A program made the translations under genes and the position numbers. A DNA stretch of 64,000 nucleotides from Flavobacteriaceae bacterium (GTDB lineage Bacteria > Bacteroidota > Bacteroidia > Flavobacteriales > Flavobacteriaceae), in the NCBI GenBank assembly GCA_965660845.1, contig CBFIBH010000002.1, positions 290,631-354,630 of the forward strand. The letters run 5' to 3'. Each line of letters begins with the position of its first letter. The first letter of the stretch is position 1. Below the pieces are notes generated by a model. The model saw only the letters and a list, made by a program, of their open reading frames with translations. It did not search any database and was not told the origin of the DNA. Below are positions 28,713-37,970 of this stretch, piece by piece.

Positions 28713-31670
28713 ATGAAAATCTGTAAACTGATTACATTTTGCTTTGCTCTAATTTGCTTTTCCTTAAATGCACAAAATAGTGAATGGCAAAACTTTGGAA
28801 TAAAAGAAGGTTTGCCACAATCTAATATTTCTAGTATTGTTCAAGACAGTATTGGATATATTTGGTTAGGAACTCAAGGAAGTGGATTGGTTCGTTTTGA
28901 TGGCAAAGATTTTAAAATACTCAATGAAAAAGACAGTTTACTTTCAGGTTTTATAAACGATTTAGTGTTCAAAAAAGACTCTCTTTTCATAGCAACCAAC
29001 CAAGGACTGAGTGTTATGTCAAATGGTACAATAAAATCCTTCAGAACACCAAAAATTAATAAAATAATTCCGCTACAGAATCAGTTTTTTTTAGCAACAG
29101 ATTCAGGAATTTATCAATGGAAAGGAACTTATATCATACCATTAAAAATAGATTATAAGGTTGATTTGAATGTGGTAAATGATTTGATTTTTCATCAAAA
29201 TTCATTTTACATAGCAACAAACAAAGCATTATGGCAAACCAATACTTTGATAAAATCTACAAACTCAGAAAAAATATCCAATGGTAAGTTTACTTCTTTC
29301 TTGAAAATTCAGAACAAATTGTATGCAAACAATAAATTATCTGGAATTTACGAGGTAAGGAAGAAACAACTTCTATTAAAAAAGAAAACGAATAGTATTG
29401 AAGAAATACAATTGATTGAGAATGAAATCTTAATGCTTACTTCAAACGAAGGAATAAAAAAAAGTGATTCAGAATTCAAAAATACACAACTAGTTCATTC
29501 GGAATTAAAATCAGATAAAATTCAAGATATTTTTAAAGATAAAACCAACTCTATCTGGATTGCCAGTGCAAACAGAGGTTTGTTCAAATTCACCAAAAAC
29601 AACTTTGAACATTTCACAACCAAAAAAGGATTATCTAACAATAAAATCAATGCCTTAGTTCCACATGGAGAAAATCTATGGATTGCCTCAGGAAACAAGG
29701 GAATTCAAAAGAAAATTGGTGCCCATTTTATTAATTTAGGAATAGAAGAATTACAAAATACAACGGTTAATTCAATAGCTATTGATTCTAGTAATAATAT
29801 TTGGTTAGGAACAGAAAGTAAAGGGTTATTACTTTTAAAATATAAAAGTCAAAAGGATAGTATAAAAAATACAGCAGAAGAGATTTTAGATACATTATCA
29901 TCATCCTATCAATTTATCAATCTTGCAATACAACTTCCTAATATTGGAAAATCTATTCAATCTATTTATGAAAAGGATTCTAAAGTTTGGATTGCTGATG
30001 GAAGGTTTATACATGAATTAACTACCAAAAACGGAATAATTCTAAAAACAAAAATCTTTGGTAAAAATCAAGGTTTTAAAGACACCAAAATCAATAGTTT
30101 TTTTTACAGAAAAAATAAACTTTGGTACTCTTCATCGGCTGGTAATTTAGGTTATATAAAAGATCGTAATCTAATTGATTATTATCAACCATTAGGTTTT
30201 AAAACATCGATCAATTGTATTTCAGAAAAAAACGGATACTTATTTCTAGGGACTTCAAATCGTGGTGTTTGGTTAGTATCAGTCAACAATCCAAAAGATG
30301 CTTTTCAACTCAAAGGAATTAAAAAATTAAATTCTCAATATGTAAATCAATTATTATTCGATGCTTCTGGAGATTTGTGGGTTGGAACAGAAAAAGGTTT
30401 GAACAAAGTAATTCTTAACAAGAATTCGATTAAAGACGTTTTTTATTTTTCAAAAAATGATGGTTTTTTGGGTGTAGAAACAACTCAAAACTCAATTGCT
30501 CTAACTAAAGATCAGAATTTATGGTTTGGAACCAACAATGGTTTAACAAAACTAGTAAATCTTCAAACTAAAAACTCGACTATCAAACCTACAGTTTTTA
30601 TTGAAAACTTGGAGGTTTTATACAACAAGATTGATACAGTAAATGTGAATTCCTATTCTAAAACACTCAATCTAAAAGCAAATCAAAACTCATTATCATT
30701 TGAATATAAAACTGTTGATATAGACAATCCAAATGAAATACAATACCAATGGAGACTGAATGAAAATGTTTCTTCTTGGACTAGTAAAAATTCAATCGAT
30801 TTTGCCAACTTAAGTTCTGGTTCTTATACGTTTGAAGTAGTTTCTATGAATAGAAACTCTGTTAAGAGCAAAACCAAACGTTTTCAATTTTATATTCATA
30901 AACCCTGGTATTTACAAAACTGGTTTTTGATTTCATCAGCAGTAATTGGAACTTTTTTAATTGTGTTTATTGTGTTTAGTTACACTCAGAAGTTAAAAAG
31001 AAAAGCAAAAGCAGAAATCCAAATATTAAAAACAAAAAACCAACTGATTGCACTAGAACAAAAAGCATTACAATTACAGATGAATCCTCACTTTGTTTTC
31101 AATGTGTTGAATAGCATAAAGGCTTTTGGATCTAATGGAAAGTTAGAGTCAATGAATACAATTATCAATGAATTTGCAACCTTATTAAGAGGTGTTTTGC
31201 TAAATTCTAGAGAAGAGTTTGTAACACTGAAAAGTGAAATTGATATTCTAAAAAGTTATCTGAAAATTGAAGAAAAGCTGCAAAACAAATCATTTACTAT
31301 TATAATAGACATAGAATTAGATTACTTTGATTCTGAGGAAGTTTTAATCCCTTCTATGATACTTCAACCATTTATCGAAAACAGTATCAAACATGCATTT
31401 AAAATTGAAAACAGAGAAAATAAGATAAAAATTCAGTTAGATTTGAAAGAGAAATTTATGTATTGTTCAATAAGTGATAATGGTGTTGGTTATAAAACCT
31501 CTCAAAAAAATAAAAATAAACAGCATAAATCGGTAGCAATAAACGTTACTAAAGAAAGATTAGAGAGTTTAATTCAATATCCGAATTTTAGCATCAAAGA
31601 AATTAAAGAAAACCAAGAAGTAAAAGGTACTTGTGTTAGTTTTCATATGCCGTATCAAACAGATTTTTAA
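28713..31670 (+). CDS. LytS-type sensor histidine kinase with Reg_prop beta-propellers and Y_Y_Y domain
   Basis: EGLPQSNISSIVQDSIGYIWLGT repeats, TM helix, LQMNPHFVFNVLNSI, QPFIENSIKH, DNGVG; probable ATG 28713. Confidence 0.92.
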   Translation: MKICKLITFCFALICFSLNAQNSEWQNFGIKEGLPQSNISSIVQDSIGYIWLGTQGSGLVRFDGKDFKILNEKDSLLSGFINDLVFKKDSLFIATNQGLSVMSNGTIKSFRTPKINKIIPLQNQFFLATDSGIYQWKGTYIIPLKIDYKVDLNVVNDLIFHQNSFYIATNKALWQTNTLIKSTNSEKISNGKFTSFLKIQNKLYANNKLSGIYEVRKKQLLLKKKTNSIEEIQLIENEILMLTSNEGIKKSDSEFKNTQLVHSELKSDKIQDIFKDKTNSIWIASANRGLFKFTKNNFEHFTTKKGLSNNKINALVPHGENLWIASGNKGIQKKIGAHFINLGIEELQNTTVNSIAIDSSNNIWLGTESKGLLLLKYKSQKDSIKNTAEEILDTLSSSYQFINLAIQLPNIGKSIQSIYEKDSKVWIADGRFIHELTTKNGIILKTKIFGKNQGFKDTKINSFFYRKNKLWYSSSAGNLGYIKDRNLIDYYQPLGFKTSINCISEKNGYLFLGTSNRGVWLVSVNNPKDAFQLKGIKKLNSQYVNQLLFDASGDLWVGTEKGLNKVILNKNSIKDVFYFSKNDGFLGVETTQNSIALTKDQNLWFGTNNGLTKLVNLQTKNSTIKPTVFIENLEVLYNKIDTVNVNSYSKTLNLKANQNSLSFEYKTVDIDNPNEIQYQWRLNENVSSWTSKNSIDFANLSSGSYTFEVVSMNRNSVKSKTKRFQFYIHKPWYLQNWFLISSAVIGTFLIVFIVFSYTQKLKRKAKAEIQILKTKNQLIALEQKALQLQMNPHFVFNVLNSIKAFGSNGKLESMNTIINEFATLLRGVLLNSREEFVTLKSEIDILKSYLKIEEKLQNKSFTIIIDIELDYFDSEEVLIPSMILQPFIENSIKHAFKIENRENKIKIQLDLKEKFMYCSISDNGVGYKTSQKNKNKQHKSVAINVTKERLESLIQYPNFSIKEIKENQEVKGTCVSFHMPYQTDF

Positions 31671-32416
31671 TGAAAAAGTTAACCTGCTTATTGGTGGATG
31701 ACATTCCTGATATCTTAGAAATGTTGGAAAAAGACGTGAAAAGACTTTTTCCAAATATTGAAGTTATTGGAAAAGCAATGAGTGTTGTTGAAGCTGCTAA
31801 GGAACTTCGTAAGCAACAACCTGACATTTTGTTCTTAGATATTATGTTAGGAGATGGAACTGGATTTGATGTATTAGAAATACATCCAAATCTTTCTTCT
31901 AGAATCATTTTTGTCACCGCAAGTGATGAGTATGCAATCAAAGCTTTCAAGTTTGCAGCGATTGATTATGTTTTAAAGCCTTATTCTGATACTGATTTAC
32001 TGTCTGCTGTAAACAAAGCAATCAATCAAATACAGCCAAACACAAAACAATATGAGGTTTTACAAGAGACATTAAAAACAACTAAAACTCCACAAAAAAT
32101 TTCCTTGAATACACAAGAGAAGATTATTGTAGTTTCTTTAGATGACATTATCAGGTGTGAGTCTGATAATAACTACACAATATTTTATCTAAGTAATGGA
32201 GAAAAAATATTAGTAGCAAAAACCTTGAAAACCTATGCAGATTTATTAAAAGACTCTGGGTTTATTAGAGTTCATCAAAGTCATTTAGTGAATAAGAAGT
32301 TTATTAAAGAGTTTATTAAATCTGATGGAGGATATTTGTTACTGACAAATAAAAAAACAATTCCAGTATCTGTAAGAAAAAGAGCCGAAGTAATTGAGAC
32401 TATTCAAAAATTTTAA
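31670..32416 (+). CDS. LytTR-family response regulator
   Basis: REC domain (LFLDIML, FVTA, DYVLKP) plus LytTR (ESDNNYT, FIRVHQSHLVN); shares a base with the kinase stop codon. Confidence 0.95.
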   Translation: MKKLTCLLVDDIPDILEMLEKDVKRLFPNIEVIGKAMSVVEAAKELRKQQPDILFLDIMLGDGTGFDVLEIHPNLSSRIIFVTASDEYAIKAFKFAAIDYVLKPYSDTDLLSAVNKAINQIQPNTKQYEVLQETLKTTKTPQKISLNTQEKIIVVSLDDIIRCESDNNYTIFYLSNGEKILVAKTLKTYADLLKDSGFIRVHQSHLVNKKFIKEFIKSDGGYLLLTNKKTIPVSVRKRAEVIETIQKF

Positions 32417-33348
32417 AAAGGCAAATCTGAAATATCTACATTCCCTCCAGATATAATAATTCCGACTTTTTTATCTTTAAATAACTCTGTTTCTTTTAAT
32501 ACTGCAGCTACAGAAACAGCACTGGAAGGTTCAATTATAATTTTCATTCGTTCCCAAACCAATTTCATCGCTGATATAATTTCTTCTTCTGAAACAAGTA
32601 TAATTTGTGAAACATGTTTTTGAATAATTGGAAAATTATGGTTTCCTAAATTAGTTCGTAATCCGTCTGCAATAGTATTTGCAGCTAAGTTGGTTTCAAT
32701 TCTTCCAGTTTGTAAAGAACGATAAGCATCATCTGCTTCTAAAGGTTCAGCTCCAACAATTTTAGTATTGGGAGAAAACTCTTTTGCAAACAAACATGTG
32801 CCTGAAATCAAACCTCCACCACCAACGGGACAAACAATATAATCAAAGTCACTTTCTTCTTTCATCAACTCATAGGCTGCTGTTCCTTGACCGTAAATAA
32901 CCTCTATTTGATTTGAAGGGTGAATAAAAGTAGCATGTAATTCGCCTTCTATTTTTTTTGATTCTCTTTCTCTAGCTTCAATTGTAGGTTCACATTCTGT
33001 GATAATTCCTTCATAAGCAACTGTTCCAGCTTTTTTAGCTTTGGGAGCATTTGTTGGCATTACAATATATGCTGGTATCTCTAAGTTTTTTGCCGCTAAA
33101 GAAACAGCTTGAGCAAAATTCCCAGAAGAATGAGTTACAACTCCTTTACTTCTATCATGATTTGATAAACTCAGAATTGCATTTGTAGCTCCACGTATTT
33201 TATAGGATCCAGACTTTTGAAAATTTTCACATTTCAAGAATATATTACACTCAGCAATATAATTCAACAAACGAGATTTTAATACTGGAGTTTTATGAAT
33301 ATGTGGTTGAACTAAATTATAGACGTTTTGTAGGTCTTTTGCATTCAT
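32413..33348 (-). CDS. PLP-dependent serine/threonine dehydratase (serine racemase-like)
   Basis: KCENFQKSGSYKIRGA, HSSGNFAQA, PVGGGGLISG, ISGGNVD. Confidence 0.9.
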   Translation of the reverse strand: MNAKDLQNVYNLVQPHIHKTPVLKSRLLNYIAECNIFLKCENFQKSGSYKIRGATNAILSLSNHDRSKGVVTHSSGNFAQAVSLAAKNLEIPAYIVMPTNAPKAKKAGTVAYEGIITECEPTIEARERESKKIEGELHATFIHPSNQIEVIYGQGTAAYELMKEESDFDYIVCPVGGGGLISGTCLFAKEFSPNTKIVGAEPLEADDAYRSLQTGRIETNLAANTIADGLRTNLGNHNFPIIQKHVSQIILVSEEEIISAMKLVWERMKIIIEPSSAVSVAAVLKETELFKDKKVGIIISGGNVDISDLPF

Positions 33349-33401
33349 AAAACTAGTTTTCGTAAAAGTAGTAAAGGCTTTTTACATAAAAAAGGCTCCA
33401 C

Positions 33402-33430
33402 AAAAAAAGCCTTTCATTTCTGAAAGGCTT
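33402..33430 (-). terminator. Intrinsic terminator of tRNA-His
   Basis: AAGCCTTTCA-tttc-TGAAAGGCTT with a U-tract on the minus strand. Confidence 0.8.
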
Positions 33431-33439
33431 GTATTTTTG

Positions 33440-33514
33440 GGTGAAAGACCGGGTTCGAACCGGCGACCTCCGGAACCACAATCCGGCGCTCTAACCAGCT
33501 GAGCTACAATCACC
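33440..33514 (-). tRNA. tRNA-His (GTG), with G-1 and C73; CCA not encoded
   Basis: GGTGATTG-TA-GCTC-AGCTGGTTA-GAGC-G-CCGGA-TT(GTG)GT-TCCGG-AGGTC-GCCGG-TTCGAAC-CCGGT-CTTTCAC-C. Confidence 0.95.
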
Positions 33515-33530
33515 ATGTAACTTGCGAGTG

Positions 33531-33538
33531 CAAATGTA
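33531..33538 (-). promoter_or_regulatory. Sigma-A -7 element of tRNA-His
   Basis: TACATTTG on the minus strand, 16 nt upstream of G-1. Confidence 0.65.
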
Positions 33539-33567
33539 CTTTATTTAATTATTTTTGAAAAATAATT

Positions 33568-34284
33568 TTAAATTAAATTGTCTAAAGAATCAACAGCTAC
33601 AAAACGTTCAGTAGTAAATCCTTCAGCATAATCAACTCCAATTAATCTTCCTAAATCTTTTGCTCTATATTCTATACTATCCGTAAAGTTTTTGCTCGAA
33701 ATAGGGGTTTCTGGCTCTTTACTGTTAGCATCAAAAAATTGAGATTCATAAGCCATAACAGCTTCTATTTTTTTGTTCATAAAATTAGAAACATCAATCA
33801 CGAAATCTGGTTGAATATTTTTCCATTGTATATAATGATATACATGCTTAGGACGCCATTTTTCTTGAGTTTTATCATCTAAATACGTTGTAATTTTCTG
33901 TAAACCACTTAAGAAACAAGCATCTGACACAAGTTTACTTCCTTTTCCATGATCTATATGTCTATCGTCAATTGCATTACAAAGAACTATTTCTGGTTTG
34001 TATTTTCTTAACAATTGAATGATTGCTAATTGATGATTCTTATCATTTATAAAAAAACCATCAGCAAAGCCTAAATTGATTCTTACTTCTACATCAAGAA
34101 TCTCAGCAGCATTAGTTGCTTCTTTATCTCTAATTTCAGCAGTTCCTCTCGTTCCTAATTCTCCTCTAGTTAAATCTACTATACCAACTTTTTTTCCTAA
34201 AGAGACTTCTTTTGCAATTGTTGCTGCACAGCCTAATTCAACATCATCTGGATGTGCTCCGAAGGCTAATATGTCTAATTTCAT
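33568..34284 (-). CDS. bshB1: Bacillithiol biosynthesis deacetylase (PIG-L family)
   Basis: ILAFGAHPDDVEL, LTRGELGTRG, DRHIDH, YAEGF. Confidence 0.88.
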   Translation of the reverse strand: MKLDILAFGAHPDDVELGCAATIAKEVSLGKKVGIVDLTRGELGTRGTAEIRDKEATNAAEILDVEVRINLGFADGFFINDKNHQLAIIQLLRKYKPEIVLCNAIDDRHIDHGKGSKLVSDACFLSGLQKITTYLDDKTQEKWRPKHVYHYIQWKNIQPDFVIDVSNFMNKKIEAVMAYESQFFDANSKEPETPISSKNFTDSIEYRAKDLGRLIGVDYAEGFTTERFVAVDSLDNLI

Positions 34285-34528
34285 ATTCAAAATTTCAAAA
34301 ACTTGATTTCAAAAACACTCTTATCATTTAAGAGTATGTAAATATAAAACAATCTTATTACCATCTTTTGTATCTATTTCGATTTCGTATTTCGATTTTA
34401 GGAACCAGAATGTCAAAAAGTTAGATATCTCATAAAAATTAATACTCTCGTATATCCATGATAAATATCATAAAAATCATCTTAAAAGTGAGGTAAGTTT
34501 ACATTGTTATTATGAAAATAATATCCGA

Positions 34529-35095
34529 ATGACATTAATGATAACTATACTACTTATTACAATTATCCTATTTATTTGGGGTAAATTCTCTCCAGATATT
34601 GTCGCTTTAATTTCCATGATTGCATTGTTTACAACTGGAATTCTGAATTTAGATGAAGTATTAAGTGGTTTTAGTAATCCAACAGTAATTATGATAGCAT
34701 CTCTCTTTATTATAGGAGAGGGATTGTCACAAACAGGTTGGACAGCATTAGCAGGTAAAAAGCTTTTAGAATTGGCTAATAAGAGTGAAAGTAAACTCTT
34801 AATGATTATAACTTTAGGTGCTGGTTTATTATCTGGAGATGTTAGTAATACAGGAACAGTTGCTACTTTATTACCAGCAATAGTATCTTCTGCTTGGAGT
34901 ATAGGTACAATGCCTTCTAAAATTTTAATGCTAATGGCTTTTGGTTCCAACACAGGAGCTTATGTTAGTAAATCTATTCAATTGGCACATTCATTCCATT
35001 TGAATTTTGAAAAATTTGCAAGTGAAGCTTCTACAGAAATAATAGAAGGTGGACCACTAATTGACGAACATCATCAATTAAATGACCATGTTTAA
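34529..35095 (+). pseudogene. SLC13-family permease N-terminal fragment fused in frame to an unrelated 45-aa tail
   Basis: LSGFSNPTVIMIASLFIIGEGL..SNTGTVA..AFGSNTG, then an abrupt switch to a hydrophilic sequence. Confidence 0.75.
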
Positions 35096-35102
35096 TTAGG
35101 TT

Positions 35103-35134
35103 AAGATGGGTTGTGAAAGCAACCCATCTTTTTA
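35103..35134 (+). terminator. Intrinsic terminator after the chimeric ORF
   Basis: AAGATGGGTTG-tgaaag-CAACCCATCTT followed by TTT. Confidence 0.8.
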
Positions 35135-35136
35135 TT

Positions 35137-35795
35137 ATGAAACAACGACTACTCCTACTCTCTTTATTATTATCACTATCTCTTTTCTCACAAACAGAAA
35201 CTGAAAAAATGCTGGGTTCTTGGTATATGTATCATGGAAATCATTACATATCTAATAATCTTCTATTTCAATCTGGATTTCAAATAAGAACTTATAATGT
35301 TATAGAAAATCACAATCTTACTCTTGGTTATGTTGGAATTGGTTTTAAGACAAATTCTAAACTTTTATTTACTGTAAAATATGGTTATTTAGAGATTGAT
35401 AGAAGCATTGAATTCAACGATGAACCCAATGCAATTGAACATCGAATTATAGAAGATGTTGCACATTCATTTCAATTAAAAAAGCATAAGTTTTCTCAAA
35501 GAATTCGATTAGAGCATCGATTTATTCATTTTAAAGATGCTGATATAGAACAGCATCGACTTCGATACAGAATTAGATATCAATATCCAATTTTTAAAAG
35601 AATCACATTTGATTTAAATAATGAGTTCTTTTTTAAAAACAAAGGAAAATCATATGTTTAAAATAGATTTTATGCCGGTTTTAGTTTCAAAACAACAAAT
35701 GTGTTTACTTTTACTATTGGCTATATAGAGCAATACATAAATGAATTGCATTTAACAGATTACAATTTGGAATTGTCATAACCACTGGTAAATAA
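35137..35795 (+). pseudogene. DUF2490-family outer-membrane protein with a nonsense codon and a frameshift
   Basis: GSWYMY..EHRIIE..QRIRLEHRF..RLRYR; TAA at 35659-35661 followed in frame by NRFYAGF; later 1-nt loss before RLQFGIVITTGK*. Confidence 0.78.
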
Positions 35796-35800
35796 TAAAC

Positions 35801-36946
35801 TTATTTACTGGAGTGAATTGCTTGTTCTATGTCTTCAATTAAGTCTTCAGGTTCTTCGATTCCTGTTGAAAAACGAATCAATCCATTTCTTATTCCTCTT
35901 GATAATCGTTCTTCTTCTGATAATAAAGCATGTGTAGTTTGAACAGGGCTAACTGTTGTGCTTTCTAAACCAGCTAAACTCATAGAAGGTTTAATCAATC
36001 CTAAGTTTCTTTGAAAGCTCATCGGATCTATTCCTTCTTTTAACTCAAAAGATAACATTGCTCCAAAACCTTTCATTTGTTGTTTGGCTATTTCATGATT
36101 TGGATGGGATTCTAAACCTGGATAATATACTCGATCTACAAAAGAATGATTTTCTAAATAATCAGCTATAATCTTAGCATTTTTTGTCTGTTCTTTCACG
36201 CGCAAATTGAGTGTCTTCATGCTTCTTTCTAATAACCAAACAGTGTAATCACTTAAATTTCCTCCATAATTAATGGATGTGTTCCATATTTGTTCAATAT
36301 ATTTTTCTGAGGCTGCTAAGGCACCAGCACTAATATCAGAGTGACCTCCTAAATATTTTGTTGCAGAATGCGCAATAATATCAATTCCAAATTCTGCTGG
36401 ATTTTGATTGATTGGTGAAGCGAATGTATTATCAATCATTGTTAAGATTCCATTCTCTTTAGCCAAATTAGAAACAGCTTTCAAATCTGTAATTCCTAAC
36501 AAAGGGTTTGAAGGAGTTTCAACATAAATGATTTTGGTGTTACTTTGAATTAATTCTTTGAAATCATTTACATCGTGACTTTCAGTAAATGTATATTCTA
36601 TTCCAAATTTTTCAAATTCCTTGACTACAAAATTATAGGTTCCACCATATATAACTTGTTGTAAAATTACATGGTCACCAGATTTTAAAAAAGCTAACAT
36701 GGCATGACTTATAGCTGCCATACCAGAACTGTATATCAAAGCACTCTCTGTATGCTCTAACATTGCAATCTTTTTTGCCAATAAAGCTTGATTGGGTGTG
36801 TTAAAATACCTTGGATATCGTTTTACATCTACATCATCAAAAGCATAAGATGTTGCTACATAAATAGGAGAAACAGCTCCTTTAAACTGTTCGTCTTTTA
36901 CTTCTCCAACATGGGTACAGATAGAATTAATTCCTAATTTTTTCAT
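35801..36946 (-). CDS. Cys/Met metabolism PLP enzyme (cystathionine gamma-lyase/synthase family)
   Basis: YSSGMAAI, VETPSNP, IDNTFASP, HSATKYLGGHSD, LIRFSTGIE. Confidence 0.92.
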   Translation of the reverse strand: MKKLGINSICTHVGEVKDEQFKGAVSPIYVATSYAFDDVDVKRYPRYFNTPNQALLAKKIAMLEHTESALIYSSGMAAISHAMLAFLKSGDHVILQQVIYGGTYNFVVKEFEKFGIEYTFTESHDVNDFKELIQSNTKIIYVETPSNPLLGITDLKAVSNLAKENGILTMIDNTFASPINQNPAEFGIDIIAHSATKYLGGHSDISAGALAASEKYIEQIWNTSINYGGNLSDYTVWLLERSMKTLNLRVKEQTKNAKIIADYLENHSFVDRVYYPGLESHPNHEIAKQQMKGFGAMLSFELKEGIDPMSFQRNLGLIKPSMSLAGLESTTVSPVQTTHALLSEEERLSRGIRNGLIRFSTGIEEPEDLIEDIEQAIHSSK

Positions 36947-36991
36947 AGATCAAAAATATAGAAATAATAGATAAGGTAGATTGATAGATAT

Positions 36992-37864
36992 TTATTTCTT
37001 ATTCAAAAAATACATAACAATTACATGAGGAATTGTAATTGCAGCTAAGAAAGCAAAGAATAATGTAACAAATCTCACCTCTATTATTGTAGTCAAGTAA
37101 TAAATTAAGATAAGACCAGATATAGAAATTATCCAGTTTAAAGAGGAAGATTTGAAGTAACTGATTAAATTCTTTCTATCTAGATTTCCATATAAAGTTT
37201 CTATTTGGTCTTTTAATGAAGGAATAGAATGCCATAAAATAAAGTAAATAGCAAAAGCCCATAACAAAGAAGCCATCTTAAAAAGAAGAGTAAATAAAAG
37301 TATTAAGAAAAGTTCTTGGATGTAATTTATTCTATTCGAAAATTTTTTATGACTCAAAGAAGTTAAAAGTGGAGTTCCAATAAGACCAATCAATAGAAAG
37401 ATTGAAAAATAATTATCGTTTAACTGAACATTTGTTAGTTCATAGATTATTTGTGTAGTATCCTCCAAATTGAAATAAAATAGGAGTCCAAAAATTAAAA
37501 TACCGTAATGAATATATAATAATGTAGTTAAGTTATTCGGAGTTTTAATTTGACTATAAAAATGTTGTTCTCCAAAATGATAACAGCTAAATAAAATAAA
37601 AAGCATAAGAGCTGGAAATGCAAATTGATAAAATGCTAAAGACATAAAACCAATGATACATATATATAGCATCAAAAACTTTTTATTAGAAGCGTCTGAC
37701 TTTTTTGTTAAAAAATTGATTAATGAGATATCGTTTGCTCCGTGTAAAATCCCAACAGTTAGGATAAAGAAATAAGCAAGATAATCTTCGTAAATGGAGT
37801 TTATTTGAATCGTTAACCAAAGTAGAAAAACTGTACCTACTAAACTGAATATTGAGATTTTCAC
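36992..37864 (-). CDS. blh: Brp/Blh beta-carotene 15,15'-dioxygenase
   Basis: GILHGAND, YHFGE, WHSIPS, ITIPH His motifs; multi-TM; divergent from the rhodopsin gene. Confidence 0.93.
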   Translation of the reverse strand: MKISIFSLVGTVFLLWLTIQINSIYEDYLAYFFILTVGILHGANDISLINFLTKKSDASNKKFLMLYICIIGFMSLAFYQFAFPALMLFILFSCYHFGEQHFYSQIKTPNNLTTLLYIHYGILIFGLLFYFNLEDTTQIIYELTNVQLNDNYFSIFLLIGLIGTPLLTSLSHKKFSNRINYIQELFLILLFTLLFKMASLLWAFAIYFILWHSIPSLKDQIETLYGNLDRKNLISYFKSSSLNWIISISGLILIYYLTTIIEVRFVTLFFAFLAAITIPHVIVMYFLNKK

Positions 37865-37937
37865 AATTTAAAAATACAAAAAATATAGTTTGTTTATTTT
37901 TTTTAAGAAATATTTAAACATATATTATTTTATTTTC

Positions 37938-37945
37938 TATATTTG
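37938..37945 (+). promoter_or_regulatory. Sigma-A -7 element of proteorhodopsin
   Basis: TATATTTG, with TTTA at 37913-37916 as a near-consensus -33 element. Confidence 0.6.
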
Positions 37946-37970
37946 ATTCAACAATTTAAAACTAATAAAA

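Noticed and set aside
33349-33567. tRNA-His 3' end as an integration site
   Set aside because: No integrase and no duplicated tRNA 3' end seen in the window; the tRNA is followed directly by its terminator
34316-34460. Minus-strand stretch reading ...FWFLKSKYEIEIDTKDGNKIVLYLHTLK*
   Set aside because: No start codon in frame and no confident family match; possibly a gene relic but unsupported
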